A DNA stretch of 63,929 nucleotides, filler included, from Phoronis australis (taxonomy: Eukaryota; Animalia; Phoronida): the NCBI GenBank assembly GCA_002633005.1. It is 11 parts of 11 records of this genome, joined end to end, with 100 filler letters (N's around TTAATTAATTAA, not from the genome) between each part and the next. Parts side by side here need not be neighbours in the genome. Positions count along the whole stretch, not along the records: positions 55,450 to 59,975 come from NMRA01002563.1; positions 60,076 to 62,767 come from NMRA01003490.1; positions 62,868 to 63,929 come from NMRA01001163.1; 8 more parts are not named here. One strand, written 5' to 3'. The number at the start of each line of letters is the position of its first letter. The first letter of the stretch is position 1. This document shows positions 59,672 to 63,929 of this stretch, piece after piece. The notes beneath the pieces are model-generated. The model searched no databases. It was not told the DNA's origin and worked only from the letters and a program-made list of their open reading frames with translations. The position numbers and the translations under genes were made by a program.

Positions 59672-59953
59672 TGTAATCTACCACTGATGTTTTTGTGCCT
59701 CTTCTATGTCTAGCTTTAGGCTTCTTTTAAACTGATTAAGCACGGTTTACACAAGTCTTGAAAAGTCCTTAAATTTGAATGAGATCTTTAAGAGCCCTTG
59801 AATTTGAGCATATGCCTAGAATAATTATTGTACTTTTCAACTAAGCCTTGAAAAGTCTTTGAAAATCTGAAATCTAAAAGAATTTAGAGATAATTCTATA
59901 CCGCTAATGTCTGTAAAAATGTTGGTCATTTGATGTTTCAATTTAATTTACAG

Positions 59954-59975
59954 GGAGAGTCTGATGACAGTATCG
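59954..59975 (+). CDS. RPS21: RPS21 coding exon 4 (truncated by gap)
   Basis: GESDDSI after a TTTACAG acceptor. Confidence 0.92.
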
Positions 59976-60386
59976 NNNNNNNNNNNNNNNNNNNNNNNNN
60001 NNNNNNNNNNNNNNNNNNNTTAATTAATTAANNNNNNNNNNNNNNNNNNNNNNNNNNNNNNNNNNNNNNNNNNNNAACAATATAAGACTTCAGAAAAAAT
60101 GTGAAAACAACAGACATACAAACCCCAAATAATAACTGCACTGACCATATCAAGTTAACAAATTAATATTTCAGCAATGAACACACCGACTTCATGTATA
60201 AACAATTCAATAAACAAGGAGCATAGAAATGAAAACCAGCACAAGAAAAAAACAAAAAAAATTTCTGGCATTTTTGGATGTAAAGAACAAAAACTTTTAA
60301 TTTGGCTTGTGGGTAGAAAGCCCAAGTGAAATGTATTTTGGTAGACGACTCAAATGCATGTGACATTCTAGACCTCACAAACACAC

Positions 60387-60532
60387 CTAACATCAACTGG
60401 CAGGGATGCCAAGTGGTACCCCAGGGCTGTCAGCTCTTCGTCAACGTGCAGTGCACCTAAATCTTCCAGCCTCTTTATGGCACTTGAGATCATTTCGTCA
60501 CTCGGTGATTCAATCAGTTTGTTCATCACAAC
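60387..60532 (-). CDS. DHX57: DHX57 exon (HA2 domain)
   Basis: VVMNKLIESPSDEMISSAIKRLEDLGALHVDEELTALGYHLASLPVDV; AG/GT boundaries. Confidence 0.9.
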
Positions 60533-61058
60533 CTAAGACAAAGAAAAACACCTTAACGGTTCTAAAACTGGTCTCAACTTCAATCAGACAAGAACCAGTT
60601 GCTGGGCTTGAGAAGAACATTATTGCTCAACATCAGTCTCAATAAGTTGGCTTGTCACGACGGCTCATTTCATGTGCTGAACATGATGCAGAGCACTAAC
60701 GAAATGTCCAAGCCCAGAGATCACTTCTGATCTGAGTAAGGAACAAGTTGAGTCCACTTTCATGGAGAAGTAAGAGGTCAAAAACAAAAGTTATGTTCTT
60801 TGATAAAAGGCGAGTTTACAACTGCAGCTTTATATGAAAATTCTATAGGCAATTAACTACCAGTAATTAGCACAGAGCAAATGAGGTATTTCCTGAAACT
60901 TGAAAAAAGTGAAATGAGAATCTAATTTCAAGCAATACGTGTCCACAGGAAGGTTGCTATTAAAAGAAATTTACAAGATCGGATAACAGTTAAGAAATAA
61001 TGCTCAAATGATAACTTAACCCCAAGAATGTTAATGAAATAAAATGAATAGTACCTAC

Positions 61059-61299
61059 CCTTAAGTTCATGTTTTTAAACAAATCCAGCAGTTTAATCTT
61101 CAGAATGAGTTGCTCGAGTGGAGCGCGCTGTATCTCTGGAATAGGCTGGTCTCGCATGTGATGCTCGTAACGATGGCCTGTGAACAGATGGAAACTAACA
61201 CCAGATGTCACCCTGCCAGCTCGTCCCTTTCGCTGAACAGCATTTGCTCTCGACACCCAAACAGTATCCAAGCTTTCCATGTTTTTGGTTGGATCATAC
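61059..61299 (-). CDS. DHX57: DHX57 exon (DEAH motif VI)
   Basis: YDPTKNMESLDTVWVSRANAVQRKGRAGRVTSGVSFHLFT..PEIQRAPLEQLILKIK. Confidence 0.92.
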
Positions 61300-62040
61300 C
61301 TAGCACAAAGAAATCAAAAGTTGCAATGACAGATTAAAGCCACTACTAACAATATTCTCGTGTCAAACAAACTTTCTTCACAGGTATATTGGGTCTACCA
61401 TCCAAAAGGCCAACGCACTTTAACCCTGTATTAAATAATTAGAAGTAAAACTCACCAATTTTGGACAAAAACAATAGTTGCTAAAAAAGCGTCATTTTTC
61501 ATATTCAAGAGACTCTAACATTGTTGTGAAAGCCCACAATTTTCAAATCTTTGTCAGGTGTTAGTTGTGGTACAAAACTTGAATGTGAAAAGTACTCAAC
61601 TTGGTGCTGCAGAAGTTTCATGGGAAAATGATCAAATAAAATTTCACCTGTGGGCCATATAGTGGCCTAAACTGGGGAAATGTTTCCGTACATTAGAAGG
61701 CTAGAAATAACTGGACACAGCCATATTGCTGTACTAAACCAACTGTGATAAACAGCAAGTGAGGCCCATAAAAAGCACATGGCCAAGGCAGCTGACTATT
61801 AACACCTAATAATTCTGCTTAATCAATGCTCTCTTACAACAATCTACGAAATACCTGTCATGAGGAAGAGAGCCTTTCTTTGTGTTTTTACAAAAATTCT
61901 CGAATAATTTCTGATTATTTACAAACAATTTCCAGCAGACATTCTTCAGTTTTTTTTCACAATTTCTGACAAACTTTGATGAAAATCAACATTTTTTTAA
62001 ACTGACGTAAAAAGGCATTGGAATGCAGAATTTTACTAAC

Positions 62041-62157
62041 CGTNGTTTTTCCTTCATTCGCCCAGAGTCAATCACAAACACAATGTCATCAATGGTGATA
62101 GATGTTTCTGCTATATTCGTGGCAATCACAATTTTAGTAACACCTTTTGCTGGGCGG
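62041..62157 (-). CDS. DHX57: DHX57 exon (DEAH motif V)
   Basis: [37 protein letters not shown]; an n at 62044 makes the 3' end slightly uncertain. Confidence 0.9.
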
Positions 62158-63887
62158 CTATAAGAGAATGATAAACAAACTCAAAAACTTTTATTCAAGC
62201 AATTAACACATAACCATTAGCAATCACGTATTTAAGTGGTTCTTGACAATACAAGATGGAAAACTTAACCTTGAGTACAACAGAATTGATTAATGAAGTA
62301 TGGCATTAAACTCTTCGTTTCAATGTAAACAACAGTTCTGCTGGTTCCTGTCAAATCAACAGCTCCACTCTCTAGAGTAAGTAACATTTTGATAAGTCTA
62401 TCCAAAAACAAATACGTAATAAAACTGCAGACTTTAGGGAATGATATCACCACAAAATCTAAAACATATGTCATGACGAATGCATACAAAGATCCCGCCA
62501 TCTCTTTTATCAATAAGTTTGAATGCACAGCAGGTTGAACAATAGCATGGAGGATGGCAATTTCTCATGAAATGAATAAATAAAATCTTGCGGTTAAGCC
62601 ATAACAATATATTTCCAATGCTGTGGTTCATGGTTTTAACCCAGCTTCTAATTAATCAGATTTACATCATTGAAAATTCCTAAAGATGCGAATGCCAATT
62701 ATCTGGCTTCTTTCACATATTTACCAAGACTTAAGTTCAAAGCTATTTACGCAAAAATAACCTTGATNNNNNNNNNNNNNNNNNNNNNNNNNNNNNNNNN
62801 NNNNNNNNNNNTTAATTAATTAANNNNNNNNNNNNNNNNNNNNNNNNNNNNNNNNNNNNNNNNNNNNCAAAGAAGTTAGCCACTGTTGTTGAGCTTACTA
62901 CAGAAAGAGTACTAGTAAGTAGTTAGTTAATGAATTGGAGTGTTGTTACACAAAACCTTTTTCTGAGATTCTTGGTTCCAGGATTAAGTGCATCAACATT
63001 TAATGATAGCAAAACAGTAGTTGTAGTAGATTTTTATTTCAGTTGTATTGTGGTTGCTTATAAACCTCACAGACAAATAAAAATGCCGTGCATTCATCGA
63101 ATTTTGCGTCTCTGAAGTTTTACTGCACAAGTTGTCCATAGTTACAGGAGTATGTAACTACAAGGTTTGCGCAAATTGCCTCAAATATAAACAGGGCTGG
63201 TGGGCTTGTAAACTGTGCATTGACTCAAAAACTGTTGACGGTCTCACTAACTCATCTGCTAGGAAACATTACTGATGGACTATAACACTGTCCTTGTATT
63301 TGCAGACAAAACACATATATTCTGTATTTACTGTCTTGTCAACCATGTCTCTCAGACTAAATGGATTTGGCTCCATGCACTGCGATTTTTGGGTGCATAA
63401 GTTATGTTTTGCGAGTTTGGGCCAGAGCTTGTGAGTCAATGGATAGCGTTAACAGACCTTGAACTACACTGTACTGTATGTTTATTTGAGGAGCTATGTT
63501 CATAAGTGCACAATCTGCTTAGTTCTGTGCCTTTTATTTCACCACAACTGTCCACATTTGAAAATTCCTCTGAGAGGGAAGACTGCTTGTAAAGAAAGCT
63601 TAGGTATTCCAGATAGGTCATAACAGGATTTTTATAGTTGCTCCGGGTTGCTTTAGTGACCACTGAGGCAAATTTTGAAAGGTGTATTAGCTAAAAATAT
63701 TGAAGATGCAATTGTATTCCTTTTAGCCTGAAAATTATGTACTAAAACATAAAAGTTTCTCAATCAGCATCGTGGCATGAAGAGTGTCGGATCTTGTCTT
63801 AAAGGCTAATGCCACCCGATTCAATTAGTCTTTTTTACCGTCTTAATCGGTCCGGGGCCACATCGGCTCGTACACGGTCGACCTTAC

Positions 63888-63911
63888 CTTGCCGAGAGGT
63901 GTCGCGTTAGC
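63888..63911 (-). CDS. Possible 24-nt micro-exon (ANATPLGK)
   Basis: Pyrimidine tract TTCTCACCTTCCTCACAG and strong AAG|GTAAGG donor; host gene unknown. Confidence 0.3.
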
Positions 63912-63929
63912 CTGTGAGGAAGGTGAGAA

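Overview
Eukaryotic (animal, probably marine invertebrate) draft-genome window with spliceosomal introns. It is broken by one plain N gap and ten 100-nt N44-TTAATTAATTAA-N44 assembly linkers, and most genes stop at a linker, so adjacency across linkers may not be biological. Contents: a THAP-domain pseudogene split by a TIR insertion; an intact RING/B-box/B-box/coiled-coil/NHL (TRIM-NHL) gene and its tandemly duplicated pseudogene; a decayed Ty3/Gypsy element; exon sets of SAMM50, a tektin-3-like gene, cytoplasmic dynein intermediate chain, probable SPG11, an unidentified gene ending in a PDZ-binding motif, RPS21 and DHX57; many MITEs, SINE heads and minisatellites. The most interesting part is the RPS21 contig (55450-59975). 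Its introns hold three box C/D snoRNA paralogues with a compensatory non-canonical C/D pair, plus about ten further ~90-135 nt hairpin units, many closed by a tandem G-A (UGAA/NGAN, K-turn/SECIS-core-like) motif, which may be an undescribed intronic small-RNA family. All calls were made by eye, with no database searches or folding software.
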